A stretch of 64,000 nt of DNA from Rhizobiaceae bacterium (GCA_051009575.1 JBPCWL010000011.1:3792-67791), one strand, 5' to 3'; shown: positions 1 through 13,095, counted from the first letter of the stretch. Numbers and translations: made by a program. Notes: generated by a model not told the origin, from the sequence alone.

Positions 1-669
1 AGAGGCAACCGCCAGTTCTACATCCATCATCGCACCAATTTCATTGCAACGGTATCCGCCTGCATTGACGATCTTTTCGCAGTGAATGTCTCCCTTCTCT
101 GTGCGAACGACCCAGCTGTTGTCCGGCTTTTGGGAAAGACCAGTCACCGGGTTATGACGGTAAACTTCTGCACCGGCCTTTCGGGCGCGCCTCGCTAAAG
201 CCTGACACAATTGCGCCGGATCTATATCTCCGTCGAGCGGGTCCCAAAGAGCTCCAAGCAGTCGGTCAGTCGTTATAAGCGGGTGGCGTTTCTTGCATTC
301 GTCGGGATCAATGACCTCAAACTCAACCCCCATTCCTTTGGCCATTGACACAAAATGGTTATACCCATCGAGATGCCATTGCTGGGTAGCCAGCCGTAAT
401 CCCCCTGTCGCATGATGATAGTTGATCGGGTAATCCGGGTCTTCTGCAAGCTCCTTGTAGAGATTTATGGAATGCGTCTTGAGGCCAACCATCGTCTGGT
501 TGCCGCCAAAATTCGTTACCTGGGCCGCTGAATGCCAGGTTGTGCCAGAAGTCAATTCATCGCGTTCCACCAGCACGCAATCTGCAATGCCTTCCTGCGT
601 CAGATGATACAGCGTTGAGCAGCCGCCTATTCCACCGCCAATTACAACAACTTCGGTTTGCGTTTTCAT
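1..669 (-). CDS. FAD-dependent oxidoreductase, dimethylglycine/sarcosine dehydrogenase-like (N-terminal part only; the 3' end lies beyond the window start)
   Basis: My own minus-strand translation from the ATG at 669-667 gives MKTQTEVVVIGGGIGGCSTLYHLTQEGI (GxGxxG DAO/Rossmann start). The frame stays open to position 1 (...GGYRCNEIGAMMDVELAVAS). It is absent from the ORF track because the window edge truncates it. Confidence 0.7.
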   Translation of the reverse strand, partial: MKTQTEVVVIGGGIGGCSTLYHLTQEGIADCVLVERDELTSGTTWHSAAQVTNFGGNQTMVGLKTHSINLYKELAEDPDYPINYHHATGGLRLATQQWHLDGYNHFVSMAKGMGVEFEVIDPDECKKRHPLITTDRLLGALWDPLDGDIDPAQLCQALARRARKAGAEVYRHNPVTGLSQKPDNSWVVRTEKGDIHCEKIVNAGGYRCNEIGAMMDVELAVAS

Positions 670-760
670 TGCAATTCTCCGCTAGTTCAGCAAGACATTG
701 AACGCTACAAACCAAGAGGGTCAAGCCAATCGAGTTATTGCAGAAAAATCGAATTTAAGT

Positions 761-1768
761 TTAGGACTCTCTCAACGTTTGGAACCTTGGCATTTCCTGG
801 ATGAATGGAAATTTCTGCTTGAGAGGACCAACAAAACTTTCATCCATGGAATCTCGTAAAATTTCTGCAAAAATTCCGGGCAAATCTCCAAGCGCATCAC
901 GACGGGCATAAAGCGAAATGCACCGATTGAATGATGGTATAGGTAACGGGCAGGCGTGAAGGGCCGCCGGTTCCGTGATGATCCGGTTGGTAAAGGAAAT
1001 GCTGGAAAAGGCTGAAACCGTTGTAATTGTCCACCCACCCAATGCTTCCACCATCGAAAACACCGCCTGATTACTCGAAAATTCATGCTCTCGGTTTGGA
1101 ACGAACTTGCTGCGCCGAAGATGTGCTTCAACTTGTCGGCCCATTAATTGCTCCCGGGAATATCTGACGAAAGGAAATTTCATCAGATGCTCCATTTCGT
1201 CTGAATTCCTGATCCGGTTTGATTTCACAAGAATATAGGGATCATTGAGAATTGGGTGATCTTCTACCCAGTCTGTGGCTTCCGTGGCATCGACCGCAAC
1301 AATCATGTCGGCGGCCCGGTTTCCAAGTGCGGCATGACTTTCATGACTTGGTCCGCTTTTTATATGAAACCTGACATTGGGAAAACGCATCTTGATTGAT
1401 TTCAGCCACGCTGGGATCACAAGCGCATCAAAATCTTCAATCATCGCCAGTTTTAGCAGCATGCGGGGCGAGAGGCTGGATTTAGACAGAACTGCTGCAG
1501 CAGATGTGACCTCATCCATGATACGCAATGCACGTGGATGAAACAGTTCACCTGCCGTAGTCAGCGCAAATCGCTGGGATGAACGTTCTATGAGTTTCGC
1601 ACCAAGTACGGACTCCAGATTTGACAGTTGAAGTGAAATAGCTGATGGGCTGGCTCCCAGACGTTTGGCAGCGCCGGTTACCGCTCCTTCTTCCACCACT
1701 GCAATAAACACTTCGATGGCCCGAAAAGAAAATTTGGAGTTGGCATCCTGAAACACAGTAATCCTCAA
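761..1768 (-). CDS. LysR-family transcriptional regulator
   Basis: 335 aa with an N-terminal wHTH (FRAIEVFIAVVEEGAVTGAAKRLGASPSAISLQLSNLE) and a LysR substrate-binding-like C-terminus. It is divergent from the MttB-family gene. Confidence 0.85.
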   Translation of the reverse strand: MRITVFQDANSKFSFRAIEVFIAVVEEGAVTGAAKRLGASPSAISLQLSNLESVLGAKLIERSSQRFALTTAGELFHPRALRIMDEVTSAAAVLSKSSLSPRMLLKLAMIEDFDALVIPAWLKSIKMRFPNVRFHIKSGPSHESHAALGNRAADMIVAVDATEATDWVEDHPILNDPYILVKSNRIRNSDEMEHLMKFPFVRYSREQLMGRQVEAHLRRSKFVPNREHEFSSNQAVFSMVEALGGWTITTVSAFSSISFTNRIITEPAALHACPLPIPSFNRCISLYARRDALGDLPGIFAEILRDSMDESFVGPLKQKFPFIQEMPRFQTLRES

Positions 1769-1854
1769 TATTAAATTCGAAATTGTAAAAGGGAAATTAT
1801 CTTCTTGTGATCGGCCATGGCAAGAGTAATGTTTGAGATCGCATAGGAGGGAAC

Positions 1855-3378
1855 ATGACGCAGAGGAGCTCCAGAACTGGTGGCCGTGAAGGCCGGATTG
1901 CCAGGCGGCAAGCTGAAGTTAAGCAATACCAGCCTGCAGCTGCGGGCCAAACAGGCGGCCAGTTCAAACCGCTAACTGATCGCGAACTATCAGATATTCT
2001 GGATACGGCGTATAAAATTCTGGAAGATATCGGATTTTCAGAAGTTCCGGACGTGGTTATGGAGACTGCGCTAAAACAAGGCTGCCGCACAAACAATCTC
2101 GGTCGCCTCTCCTTTCCCCGCTCGTTCGTGGAAGACATTGTCTCCGGCGCCTGTAAAAAATTCACATTTTACGGGCGCGATCCTGATCACACCATAGAAG
2201 TCGGAGGGGATAAGGTTTATTTTGGGACTGGTGGAGCAGCAGTTCAGACTCTCAACCTGAACTCCGGTACTTACCGAGCCTCAACACTGAATGACCTTTA
2301 CCAGTTCACACGTCTGATAGACAAACTTGAAAATGTCAGTTGGTTTACACGCTGCTGCGTTGCAACGGACATGACCGAAAACTTTGACCTAGACATGAAC
2401 ACGGCCTTTACGTTGATGAAGGGAACGCAAAAGCCGGTCGGCACAAGCTTCACAATTGGAGATTATGTACACCCTATTGTCGAAATGTTCGACATGGTAG
2501 CGGGTGGGGTTGGAAAATTCGCCCGGGCGCCATTTTGCAAGGCACATATTTCGCCGGTTATTTCGCCGCTTCGTTATGGAGAAGACGCAGTCTCCGTAAT
2601 GCTCGCATGTATGCAGCACAACATGCCGATTAATGCGATTATTGCAGCTCAATCCGGCGCGACAGCTCCCGCTCCTCTTGCCGGAATGCTCGCCCAGACA
2701 ACGGCCGAAACGCTAGCCGGACTTGTTCTCGTTAATCTTTTCAAACGAGGTTATCCGGTGATTTTTTCAAACTGGCCGTTTGTAATTGATTTGCGAACGG
2801 GCGCGTTTTGCGGTTCTGGTGGCGAAATTTCAGTCATGAATGCTGCAGCGGCCCAGATCGGCAACCATCTTGGTCTTCCAACTGGTGTCGCCTCCTCGAT
2901 GGCTGACGCAAAAGCGGTTGACGCACAAATGGGCGCAGAAAAAGCACTTTCTGCTCTTGCTTGTGGGCTTGCCGGATCTAACATGATCTATGAATCTTCG
3001 GGAATGATGGCTTCACTTCTCGGTGTTTCCTTTGAGGCATTCATTCTCGACAACGAGATGCTTTCAAATGTGCACCGCACCATTCGTGGTGTTGAAGTAA
3101 ATGAAGAAACTCTTGGTTTCGAGGCGATCAGGGAAGCTGTGACTGGTGAGGGGCACTTCCTCGGTGGCAATCACACCATGAGCGCAATGGAGAGAGACTA
3201 TTATTATCCGGCATTGGCCAATCGCGATTCCCCCGCAGTTTGGAATGAAGAAGGCACACCTGATGCCTGGTCGGTTGCGCGTCAAAAGGCACTGGAAATT
3301 CTCAATGCCCCTCAACCCGATTATGTTTCGAAATCAGTCGAAGATGAAATCCGAAGCAGATGGAAAATCTGTCTGTAG
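1855..3378 (+). CDS. Trimethylamine methyltransferase (MttB) superfamily protein, non-pyrrolysine type
   Basis: 507 aa with an Arg-rich N-terminus (RTGGREGRIARRQA) and a family-typical length. It is a clear paralog of 35425-36984 (shared blocks such as ...YESSGMM.../...GGHYLG...). There is no in-frame TAG. An RBS (GGAGGGAAC) precedes the ATG. Confidence 0.85.
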   Translation: MTQRSSRTGGREGRIARRQAEVKQYQPAAAGQTGGQFKPLTDRELSDILDTAYKILEDIGFSEVPDVVMETALKQGCRTNNLGRLSFPRSFVEDIVSGACKKFTFYGRDPDHTIEVGGDKVYFGTGGAAVQTLNLNSGTYRASTLNDLYQFTRLIDKLENVSWFTRCCVATDMTENFDLDMNTAFTLMKGTQKPVGTSFTIGDYVHPIVEMFDMVAGGVGKFARAPFCKAHISPVISPLRYGEDAVSVMLACMQHNMPINAIIAAQSGATAPAPLAGMLAQTTAETLAGLVLVNLFKRGYPVIFSNWPFVIDLRTGAFCGSGGEISVMNAAAAQIGNHLGLPTGVASSMADAKAVDAQMGAEKALSALACGLAGSNMIYESSGMMASLLGVSFEAFILDNEMLSNVHRTIRGVEVNEETLGFEAIREAVTGEGHFLGGNHTMSAMERDYYYPALANRDSPAVWNEEGTPDAWSVARQKALEILNAPQPDYVSKSVEDEIRSRWKICL

Positions 3379-3421
3379 GTTCTGGGACCGGATTACCGGA
3401 TTGTCCTGCGCTACCTGGTTT

Positions 3422-3922
3422 CTAAAGTCCGCAGAACTCTGTCACCAATTGCTCGTAAATTTTACGCTTAAACGGGACGATTAGTCCGGGCATTTCTTCC
3501 AGGTCTCTCCATTCCCACAAGTCAAACTCCGGATGTGAGCCATCCGGGGGTTCAGAAATATTGATTTCATCCTCATCCCCATCAAACCGGAACGCGTACC
3601 ACTTCTGGGTTTGCCCACGAAATTTTCCTTTCAGGCCGATTCCAAGAAGTTCATCAGGAAGATCATAATTGATCCAGCCTGATGCCTCTTTCATTAGAGT
3701 GATCGACTGGATTCCCGTTTCTTCATACAGTTCGCGCTTCGCTGCCGGAAGCGGATCCTCACCTTTGTCGATGCCGCCTTGCGGAAACTGCCATCGAAAA
3801 TCCAATGGGGTCTCTGAATTTTTTAATCTTCTCCCCGCCCAAACCTTACCTTCACTATTAAAGACGACAATGCCAACGCATGGGCGATAAGGCATGTTTT
3901 CACGATTCCAGGCTGCACTCAT
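3422..3922 (-). CDS. rppH: RNA pyrophosphohydrolase (NUDIX)
   Basis: Nudix box [22 protein letters not shown] and a size of 166 aa. An ATGA start/stop overlap (3919-3922) links it to the upstream gene. Confidence 0.85.
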   Translation of the reverse strand: MSAAWNRENMPYRPCVGIVVFNSEGKVWAGRRLKNSETPLDFRWQFPQGGIDKGEDPLPAAKRELYEETGIQSITLMKEASGWINYDLPDELLGIGLKGKFRGQTQKWYAFRFDGDEDEINISEPPDGSHPEFDLWEWRDLEEMPGLIVPFKRKIYEQLVTEFCGL

Positions 3923-5118
3923 CTGGCCGGGTCTTTCACAATGGACGCAAGAGGGGTTATTTCAATTCCGTTTTGCTTTGCCTGACGGGTATACTCAGCC
4001 ACCAATGCAATTGTATCCGGAAACGCATTGCCGACACCGATGGCCAGCCCTTTACGCTTGGCCTGCTCCGAAAGCTGGTTAAGCTTTTCAAAAATTGCCG
4101 ATCTGGAACGGATGTTATCGATCAAAGTGTCAGCACGCGCATAGGGCAACAATTCTTTTACTGCCACGCCCTCGCCAACTGAGTTTTTGACTGTTCCGTC
4201 TTCAAAGAATAAAAGCCCTCGCTGGGAAATTTCTGCAAATATCGGAGAAAGGCTTGCGGGTTGCTGAAGCATCTTGTTGCCCAGATAATTGGTAATCCCA
4301 ACGTAGTTCGTAACGCGACTCATCGACCAGTGCAGATTGGCAAGGTTTTCCTCTAGATCGGCCGCAGCCTTCAGCGTATGGGGACCAGGATTATTTTTAG
4401 GATAGTCAATCGGCTCCATTGGCACCTGCAGCAAAAGTTCGTGTCCGCCTTTGCGGGCCTCCTGCATCCAACGGGTCAAGGAGTTGCCATAGGGTGCAAA
4501 TGCAAGTGTTACACTTCCCGGCAACTCCCTGATAGCTTGTTGCGTACTGGATTGGCTGATACCCAGTCCGCCGATGACAATGACAACGCGCGCAACACCG
4601 AAACTCCCTTCAGTATCAGGCTGACGCGAGTAGACATCCATCGCTTTCAAACCATCTGCGGATTTTTTCGGGATAACACCAGTAGCCCCACGTTCGATTA
4701 GGTCAGGATCAGGCAAATGCGCCAAAGACTGCTCTTGCCGGCGCAACGGTTGAACATCAGGAATATTTCCGGAAGCTGGTTTGACCGGTACAAGTTCGCC
4801 TTCAGGTTTGACCTCCTGGATTTCACCACCATCCGGATCAAGTTCATATTCCTGCTTGGCTTCGGGGATTTCCTTGGGGTTTGTTTCCTCAGCCTCCGGT
4901 TCCGGTTTTTCAGGTTTTACCGTCTTGGTAGCGATGATCACCGGCTCATCCTGTGTGAATAATGACCCAACTTTTGCCCAGCCGTCATAAAAATGAAAAA
5001 TCGGAAGCCCGAAAAGAACCACAATCAGCAATCCAATAACAATACTCCGATTGCGGCTTGTGACGCGGTCCGGCGAATACCCTTTCAGGGGCTTTTCGTA
5101 CTCATTGTCGTAGTTCAT
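3919..5118 (-). CDS. Divergent polysaccharide deacetylase family protein (YibQ-like) with an N-terminal TM segment and a Pro/Glu-rich linker
   Basis: 399 aa with a TM segment ([16 protein letters not shown]) and a PE-rich linker. The C-terminal domain and the position after envC-ctpA match the conserved envC/ctpA/yibQ neighbourhood. Confidence 0.7.
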   Translation of the reverse strand: MNYDNEYEKPLKGYSPDRVTSRNRSIVIGLLIVVLFGLPIFHFYDGWAKVGSLFTQDEPVIIATKTVKPEKPEPEAEETNPKEIPEAKQEYELDPDGGEIQEVKPEGELVPVKPASGNIPDVQPLRRQEQSLAHLPDPDLIERGATGVIPKKSADGLKAMDVYSRQPDTEGSFGVARVVIVIGGLGISQSSTQQAIRELPGSVTLAFAPYGNSLTRWMQEARKGGHELLLQVPMEPIDYPKNNPGPHTLKAAADLEENLANLHWSMSRVTNYVGITNYLGNKMLQQPASLSPIFAEISQRGLLFFEDGTVKNSVGEGVAVKELLPYARADTLIDNIRSRSAIFEKLNQLSEQAKRKGLAIGVGNAFPDTIALVAEYTRQAKQNGIEITPLASIVKDPAR

Positions 5119-5223
5119 CGGGATGCCGCAATTGTTTTTCGAGCAAATAAAATACCCTGGGAATCAATTGGGGAGAGCATAGCCCTCCCCAAGAAAAATC
5201 CAAGTGGCTTGTCGGACAATCCT

Positions 5224-6561
5224 TTAGTTTTGTGTTGGAATTGCAGCATCCGGATCTGGCGGGAATGCAGCATGCTGCTTTAAACCATGCAACAGGTCTT
5301 TTGCATATTGCAACTGAACATCATCTTTTGGATCTGGCGGCACATAGGCAATTGAACCAGAACCATTGTCATCTTCTTCATTGCCTACGATATGTCCGCG
5401 CAAATTGGACTCGCCGCGGGCTTCCACCCTGCCTTGCAGGTCTTCCGGCAAGGGCTGGATAATTTCAATATCCGGTTCAATACCCTTTCCCTGAATGGAG
5501 CGGTCAGCCGGCGTATAATAAAGTGCAGTAGTAAGTCTTAATGCACCATTTGCACCAAGCGGAATGATAGTTTGCACGGAACCCTTGCCAAATGAACGGG
5601 TTCCGACAATGGTTGCACGTTTGTGATCCTGCAAAGCGCCAGCAACAATCTCGGACGCCGATGCTGATCCGCCATTGATCAGGACAACCACCGGCTTGCC
5701 ACCGGTAAGATCACCGGGACGGGCAGAGTGTCGTCTGGTTTCATCTTCATTACGACCTCGGGTAGAAACAATCAGGCCACGATCCAGGAAGCTGTCAGAA
5801 ACACTGATTGCCTGATCCAGCAGACCACCCGGATTGAGGCGCAAATCAATTACAAAGCCCTTCAATTTGTCGTCGCCGACTTCCTCACGGATCTTCTTGA
5901 TACCAGCTTCAAGGTTATCAAATGTCTGCTCGTTGAAAGCATTCACATCCAAAAACCCTATATCATCATCCTCAACACGGTAACGTACTGACCGAACCTT
6001 GATAACATCACGGATAATCGTGATTTCAATTGGTTTGTCTGCACCCTCCCTGGCAATCGTGAGGACGATTGGCGTGTTGACTTCACCGCGCATTTTCTCA
6101 ACTGCTTGTTGAAGGGTTATTCCCCGAATACTTTCACCATCAATTTTTGTAATCAGATCGCCGGAAAGGACTCCAGCTTTCGCAGCGGGAGTTTCATCTA
6201 TCGGTGAAACCACTTTGACCAATTCGTTTTCCATGGTGACTTCGATACCCAATCCACCAAATTCACCACGGGTCTGGACCCGCATATTGGAAAAGTCCTT
6301 CGGGTTAAGATAACTCGAATGCGGATCCAGTGAGGTTAACATTCCATTGATCGCACTTTCGATAAGCTCTTCTTCGGAAGGTTCGGTCACATAAGAAGAG
6401 CGCACACGCTCAAAAATCTCGCCAAAAATGCTCAACTGCCGATAGGTATCAACACCTGCAGCTTGCGCGGTTGCCGCATGGTTTAGCCCGGATATTACAG
6501 TTAACACTGACAGGGCACCGATAGCTGCACCGATTAGCAATAGGCTTAGTTTACGAATCAT
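5224..6561 (-). CDS. ctpA: Carboxy-terminal processing protease, S41 family
   Basis: PDZ plus S41 motifs (GGLGIEV..., VVLINGGSASASEIVAGALQD, GTRSFGKGSVQ). I place the start at M37 of the tracked ORF (MIRKLSLLLIGAAIG signal/TM, ATG at 6561), not at 6669. Confidence 0.85.
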   Translation of the reverse strand: MIRKLSLLLIGAAIGALSVLTVISGLNHAATAQAAGVDTYRQLSIFGEIFERVRSSYVTEPSEEELIESAINGMLTSLDPHSSYLNPKDFSNMRVQTRGEFGGLGIEVTMENELVKVVSPIDETPAAKAGVLSGDLITKIDGESIRGITLQQAVEKMRGEVNTPIVLTIAREGADKPIEITIIRDVIKVRSVRYRVEDDDIGFLDVNAFNEQTFDNLEAGIKKIREEVGDDKLKGFVIDLRLNPGGLLDQAISVSDSFLDRGLIVSTRGRNEDETRRHSARPGDLTGGKPVVVLINGGSASASEIVAGALQDHKRATIVGTRSFGKGSVQTIIPLGANGALRLTTALYYTPADRSIQGKGIEPDIEIIQPLPEDLQGRVEARGESNLRGHIVGNEEDDNGSGSIAYVPPDPKDDVQLQYAKDLLHGLKQHAAFPPDPDAAIPTQN

Positions 6562-7885
6562 TTGATTCTCTTTCCAAGTTTGTGTCTGCCCACCATGGGG
6601 TAGGATCAATTGATTTCCCGTCCTTGCGGAACTCAACATATAAAATGGGCTTTGTTGTGGAAACATCAACCTGACCTATACTTGCAACTCGTTGAACTCC
6701 CATTGAACCAACAGGTTCTCCAACAATCACAAATTGGCCAGGCGTGACATTGATTTTTTCCATTCCTGCCAGAACAATATGATAACCTGCTCCTGCATTG
6801 ATGATCAAGAGTTGACCGTACGATCTAAACGTTCCGGCGTAGACAATCCACCCGTCGGCAGGCGTAATTACCCTCGTGTTTTTGGAGGTTGCAAAAGACA
6901 TTCCGTTGCTGGTGCTTTCTGCACCATCTTTCTCACCAAATGATGACACCAATTCACCACTTACCGGTAACGGCAGAAGCGTTCTGGCTTGGTCAAAAGA
7001 AAGGGCTGGTACAATCCTGCCGGGATCGGCAAATACTTCTTCCGTGGTATATTTCTTTGCAGCTGCAATCCGCTCCTGATCGCGCAGTTTGCGCTCCTCC
7101 TCGGCGACCTTCGCAGCTTCAGCAGCTTCACGAACACTGGCAATTTGTGTTTCAAGATTTGAAATCAAATCATCCAGGGAACTGGCTTTTGCAGCCAATT
7201 CAGCAGCTTTTGCACTTTCCTGTGCCAAATCCGCAGTTGCAGTACTGGCCAACCTCTGTTTTTCCTCCAGAAGGAGATTGAGCCGCTCCTCTTCCTGGGC
7301 AAGAGAAACGAGATCCGTGCTCAAACCCTCCCTTTGTTCTAAAATCTCGCGGGAGATGCGAGTAAGTTCCTGCAATTCACCAACCAATATCTCAGTTTCT
7401 GACCGCATTTCCGGAATGACTGATCCCAGGAGGATCGCCGAACGCACAGACGATAATGCATCATCCGGTGTTACCAAAAGTGCTGGAGGTGGCTTCCGCC
7501 CCATACGTTGCAAAGCACCAAGAACTTCCGCCAACAACGATTGTTTTCCGCTCAGGGATTCGCGAACCCCGCTCTGTTCATCGCGTAATTGTGATAATCG
7601 GTTGCCGGATTTTTCTATTCGTTTTTCAAGCCCACGTGACTTTTTTGTCGTTTCAATCAGTGTCCGGTTAATGGTGGTCCGGTCTTTGTCCAGTTCTTTG
7701 ATCTGGCCAAGCAATTCGTTCCTGCGCTGTTCACTCAACTCAATTGCGGCTCTCAATTCGTTGAGTTCATGCCGGGTCTGGTCGCGCCTGGATTCCAATT
7801 CCTGAGGGATTGCAATCGCGACCGGCAGAAAAACTACCAATATAACAAGCAATGATTTGAATGGATGACGTGGCATTCTTCTCAT
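6551..7885 (-). CDS. envC: Murein hydrolase activator / M23 peptidase-domain protein with a long coiled coil (EnvC-like)
   Basis: 444 aa with a signal/TM segment, a long heptad-rich coiled coil and a C-terminal LytM/M23 domain (GWIVYAGTFRSYGQLLIINAGAGYHIVLAGM). Confidence 0.8.
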   Translation of the reverse strand: MRRMPRHPFKSLLVILVVFLPVAIAIPQELESRRDQTRHELNELRAAIELSEQRRNELLGQIKELDKDRTTINRTLIETTKKSRGLEKRIEKSGNRLSQLRDEQSGVRESLSGKQSLLAEVLGALQRMGRKPPPALLVTPDDALSSVRSAILLGSVIPEMRSETEILVGELQELTRISREILEQREGLSTDLVSLAQEEERLNLLLEEKQRLASTATADLAQESAKAAELAAKASSLDDLISNLETQIASVREAAEAAKVAEEERKLRDQERIAAAKKYTTEEVFADPGRIVPALSFDQARTLLPLPVSGELVSSFGEKDGAESTSNGMSFATSKNTRVITPADGWIVYAGTFRSYGQLLIINAGAGYHIVLAGMEKINVTPGQFVIVGEPVGSMGVQRVASIGQVDVSTTKPILYVEFRKDGKSIDPTPWWADTNLERESNDS

Positions 7886-7967
7886 GAAACCGCTGTCGAC
7901 GTGATTCGGCTGCCTTATGAGATGAAACTACAGGAAAACATCCGCGCCGTGAAGACGGTCACCTTAC

Positions 7968-8450
7968 CTACTCCCGGTGATAAGGATGTCCCGCCAGAAT
8001 TGTGACCGCCCGATAGAGCTGCTCCACAAGCATCACTCTGGCAAGTTGGTGTGGCCAGGTCATGGAACCAAAACGGATCACATGATTTGCGCGGGTTTTA
8101 ATTTCATCTGAATGGCCATCAGGACCGCCCATCGCCAGCGCGATTGAGCTGTTGCCCGCTTCCTGTCTGGATCTCAACAATTCCGAAAATTGTTGGCTGG
8201 ACATATCCTTGCCACGTTCGTCCAGAACAACAAGCGAAGCTTCTTTGTCCATCCTGGTGAGCAGTTGTTGGGCTTCTTCCTGTTTACGATTTCCAGCATC
8301 TGGAGAACGGGATTCGATTATCTCCGTTAGAAAGGGACCGGTTAGATGCAATTGTCGCCCGGCTTTTGATATACGGTCGGCATAGCGGTCGTAGAGTTCC
8401 CTCTCCGGCCCGGCCTTCAATCGACCTACCGCCAAAATTTCCAACCGCAT
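7968..8450 (-). CDS. rlmH: 23S rRNA (pseudouridine1915-N3)-methyltransferase
   Basis: 160 aa SPOUT fold (LALAMGGPDGHSDE...MTWPHQLARVMLVEQLYRA), in the conserved rsfS-rlmH order. Confidence 0.9.
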   Translation of the reverse strand: MRLEILAVGRLKAGPERELYDRYADRISKAGRQLHLTGPFLTEIIESRSPDAGNRKQEEAQQLLTRMDKEASLVVLDERGKDMSSQQFSELLRSRQEAGNSSIALAMGGPDGHSDEIKTRANHVIRFGSMTWPHQLARVMLVEQLYRAVTILAGHPYHRE

Positions 8451-8461
8451 GAAACAGGTTC

Positions 8462-8953
8462 CTAATTCACTTCTTCAGAAGCAGGAACCTGCCACATCTT
8501 CTCTAGCGCGTAAAATTCACGCACTTCGGGTCTGAACAGGTGAATAATTATATCACCTGCATCAATTAGCACCCAATCAGCACTATCCATTCCTTCAACC
8601 TTTGCTGTACCTGCTCCCAGATTCTTGAGTTGGCGGAGCAGATGATCTGCAATGGCACTTACATGGCGACTAGACCGCCCGGAGGCGATAACCATGTAAT
8701 CTGCAAGTGCGGATTTATCTTTGATGTCGATCATGACAAGGTCTTCTGCCTTGGAATCTTCCAAGCTGCTTGTCACAGTTTTCAAAACATCATCAACTGC
8801 CAAAATCGCGGTCTTTGATGTTTTTGCCGAGGTGCTTTTAGAGGCACCTGCACTCTGCATTGCTATAGTCAGTGTATCCCTCTTGCTATGCAGTTTCACC
8901 GAGGCCTTACGGCCGACACCTATAGGATACCGCTGATTCTGTGATGTTATCAA
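8462..8953 (-). CDS. rsfS: Ribosome silencing factor
   Basis: Core sequence SLEDSKAEDLVMIDIKDKSALADYMVIASGRSSRHVSAIADHL. The start is uncertain; an internal ATG at 8860 (MQSAGASK...) would remove part of the N-terminal extension. Confidence 0.85.
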   Translation of the reverse strand: MITSQNQRYPIGVGRKASVKLHSKRDTLTIAMQSAGASKSTSAKTSKTAILAVDDVLKTVTSSLEDSKAEDLVMIDIKDKSALADYMVIASGRSSRHVSAIADHLLRQLKNLGAGTAKVEGMDSADWVLIDAGDIIIHLFRPEVREFYALEKMWQVPASEEVN

Positions 8954-8992
8954 GACAAATTCCTAAACAGTCGTTAACCATTCGTTAGCATT

Positions 8993-9625
8993 TTATGGAC
9001 GGCCTTCCAGATTCCTTGCCCTCAGTGCTGTTGAAGAAAGCGAATTGCGTGGTCCGTGAAGAAATGTCCAGGCAGGCGGTTGCATATTAGCAAGCATCCC
9101 GGAATCATCTTCACCCACCCGAAATCGCGACAACGCAAGCGCCGCTCTGGCAGACCTGTATGAAAGAGTGGAACCGGGACGGTCAACAACGGCAATCGGC
9201 AGCATTGAGGTGATCTTTTGCCAATCCTGCCACTTGTGAAAGTCAGCCAAATTGTCAGCGCCCATTAGCCATACGAAACTGAGACGCGGACGCAATTTCA
9301 ACACAAGACTTACAGTGTCCGCCGTATAACGGGTCTTGTATGCTGCTTCGAACGCAGTCACCTTTATTTTGGGATTTTCGATGATCTGGCGACAGAGCTT
9401 AACCCGATGTGCAAGACCGGGCAGATCTGAAGTGTCTTTCAATGGATTACCCGGAGTAACCATCCACCAAATGTGATCAAGCTTGAGCTTTTTTATCGCA
9501 AGATCACAAACATTGAGATGCCCTTCGTGCGGTGGGTTGAAGGAACCGCCGAAAAGACCAATCCGCTGGCCATCTCCGGCCGCCGGAATACGTAAGACAT
9601 CCTTCAATTCGGATTGTTCGCTCAA
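8993..9625 (-). CDS. nadD: Nicotinate-nucleotide adenylyltransferase
   Basis: [16 protein letters not shown] (the (H/T)xGH nucleotidyltransferase motif), 210 aa. It overlaps the proA stop by 4 nt. Confidence 0.9.
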   Translation of the reverse strand: MSEQSELKDVLRIPAAGDGQRIGLFGGSFNPPHEGHLNVCDLAIKKLKLDHIWWMVTPGNPLKDTSDLPGLAHRVKLCRQIIENPKIKVTAFEAAYKTRYTADTVSLVLKLRPRLSFVWLMGADNLADFHKWQDWQKITSMLPIAVVDRPGSTLSYRSARAALALSRFRVGEDDSGMLANMQPPAWTFLHGPRNSLSSTALRARNLEGRP

Positions 9626-10894
9626 GGACGGGTCTGCCCATCTCCGCGAACCAGATACTTGAAACTGGTCAACTGCTCTACACCTACCGGCCCACGCGCA
9701 TGCATTTTCCCGGTCGCAATACCAATTTCGGCACCCATTCCAAACTCTCCACCGTCGGCAAATTGGGTAGATGCATTGTGCAGCAGGATAGCGGAATCGA
9801 TTTCCGAGAAAAATTTATCCACGACAACCTTATCATCCGCGATGATCGACTCAGTATGGCCAGATGAATATTTGCGAATATGCTCAATCGCACCTTCAAT
9901 ACCATCAACAAGTTTTACGGAAAGGATGGCATCAAGATACTCAGTTGCCCAATCACTTTCAGTTGCCGGAGTTGCATTTGGAAACACCTCAAGGACACCA
10001 TCATCTCCACGCAATTCGCACTCGGAATTTTTCAACGCTTCCATCAATGGATCTAGATGGGTTTTTGCAGCCGACCTGTCGACAAGCAGCGTTTCAGCGG
10101 CGCCACAAATCCCGGTCCGGCGCATTTTTGCATTAACAATGATATCGCAAGCCATCTGAATATCAGCGGACCTATCAACATACACATGGCAAAGTCCTTC
10201 AAGGTGGGCAAAGACCGGGACCCGGGCTTCAGCTTGAACCCGTTCCACCAAACTGCGACCGCCGCGTGGAACGATGACATCCATGTTCCCATTGAGGCCT
10301 TTCAGCAGTTCTCCCACAGCGGCACGATCAGTCGTTGGCACGATCTGGATCGCATCCTCAGACAGCCCGGCTGCTTTCAAACCTCTCGCCATGCAGGCAT
10401 GGATCGAATGCGAAGTGTGATGGGAATCAGACCCACCCCGCAGGATTACCGCATTACCGGATTTAAGACATAGGGCCCCCGCATCAACTGTAACATTGGG
10501 GCGGGATTCAAAAATCACACCTATGACACCCAGAGGTGTTCGGACCCGCTGTACATGCAGGCCGTTCGGGCGATCCCATTCAGCTATGATGGCTCCAACC
10601 GGATCCTCAAGTTCTGCGATCGCATGCAGGCCATCCATCATGCTTCGAATACGCTCTTCATTCAGCTGTAACCGATCCAGAAATGCAGGTGTTGTTCCGT
10701 TTTCCCGGGCTGCAATCATGTCTTTTTCATTTTCTGACAGGATATTTTCCCGGGCTTTCCAAAGTTCATCGGTCATGGAAATTAATGCTTTGTTCTTGGC
10801 ATCAGTACTGGATGTCGCAAGGATACCGGCTGCAGCCTTCGCCCGCTTTCCGAGCTCAGCCATGACAGCTGGAACATCCATTTCAGAGACTTTA

Positions 10895-10902
<8 letters not shown>
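9622..10902 (-). CDS. proA: Glutamate-5-semialdehyde dehydrogenase
   Basis: 426 aa with typical ProA blocks ([23 protein letters not shown]-like [15 protein letters not shown]). Confidence 0.95.
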
Positions 10903-13074
<2,172 letters not shown>

Positions 13075-13095
13075 TTACTCCCGACCCGGCATCCT

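Noticed and set aside
1855-3378. Possible pyrrolysine (in-frame TAG) in the MttB homologs, including 35425-36984
   Set aside because: Both reading frames are uninterrupted. There is no in-frame amber codon and no pyl genes are in the window. These are non-Pyl family members.
3385-3406. Tandem 8-mer ACCGGATT x2 flanked by GGAC/GTCC between convergent mttB and rppH
   Set aside because: It is too short to call a repeat element or terminator. There is no T-tract and it occurs only once in the window.
6562-6669. 36-codon upstream extension of ctpA overlapping envC
   Set aside because: The signal peptide starts at M37 (MIRKLSLLL...), which has an RBS. The extension would overlap the envC 3' end by more than 100 nt.
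7089-7805. 238-aa ORF on the plus strand
   Set aside because: It lies entirely antisense to the EnvC-like gene. The translation is Ser/Arg/Ala-rich and low-complexity, which is typical of a shadow ORF opposite a coiled-coil gene. There is no RBS or recognisable motif.
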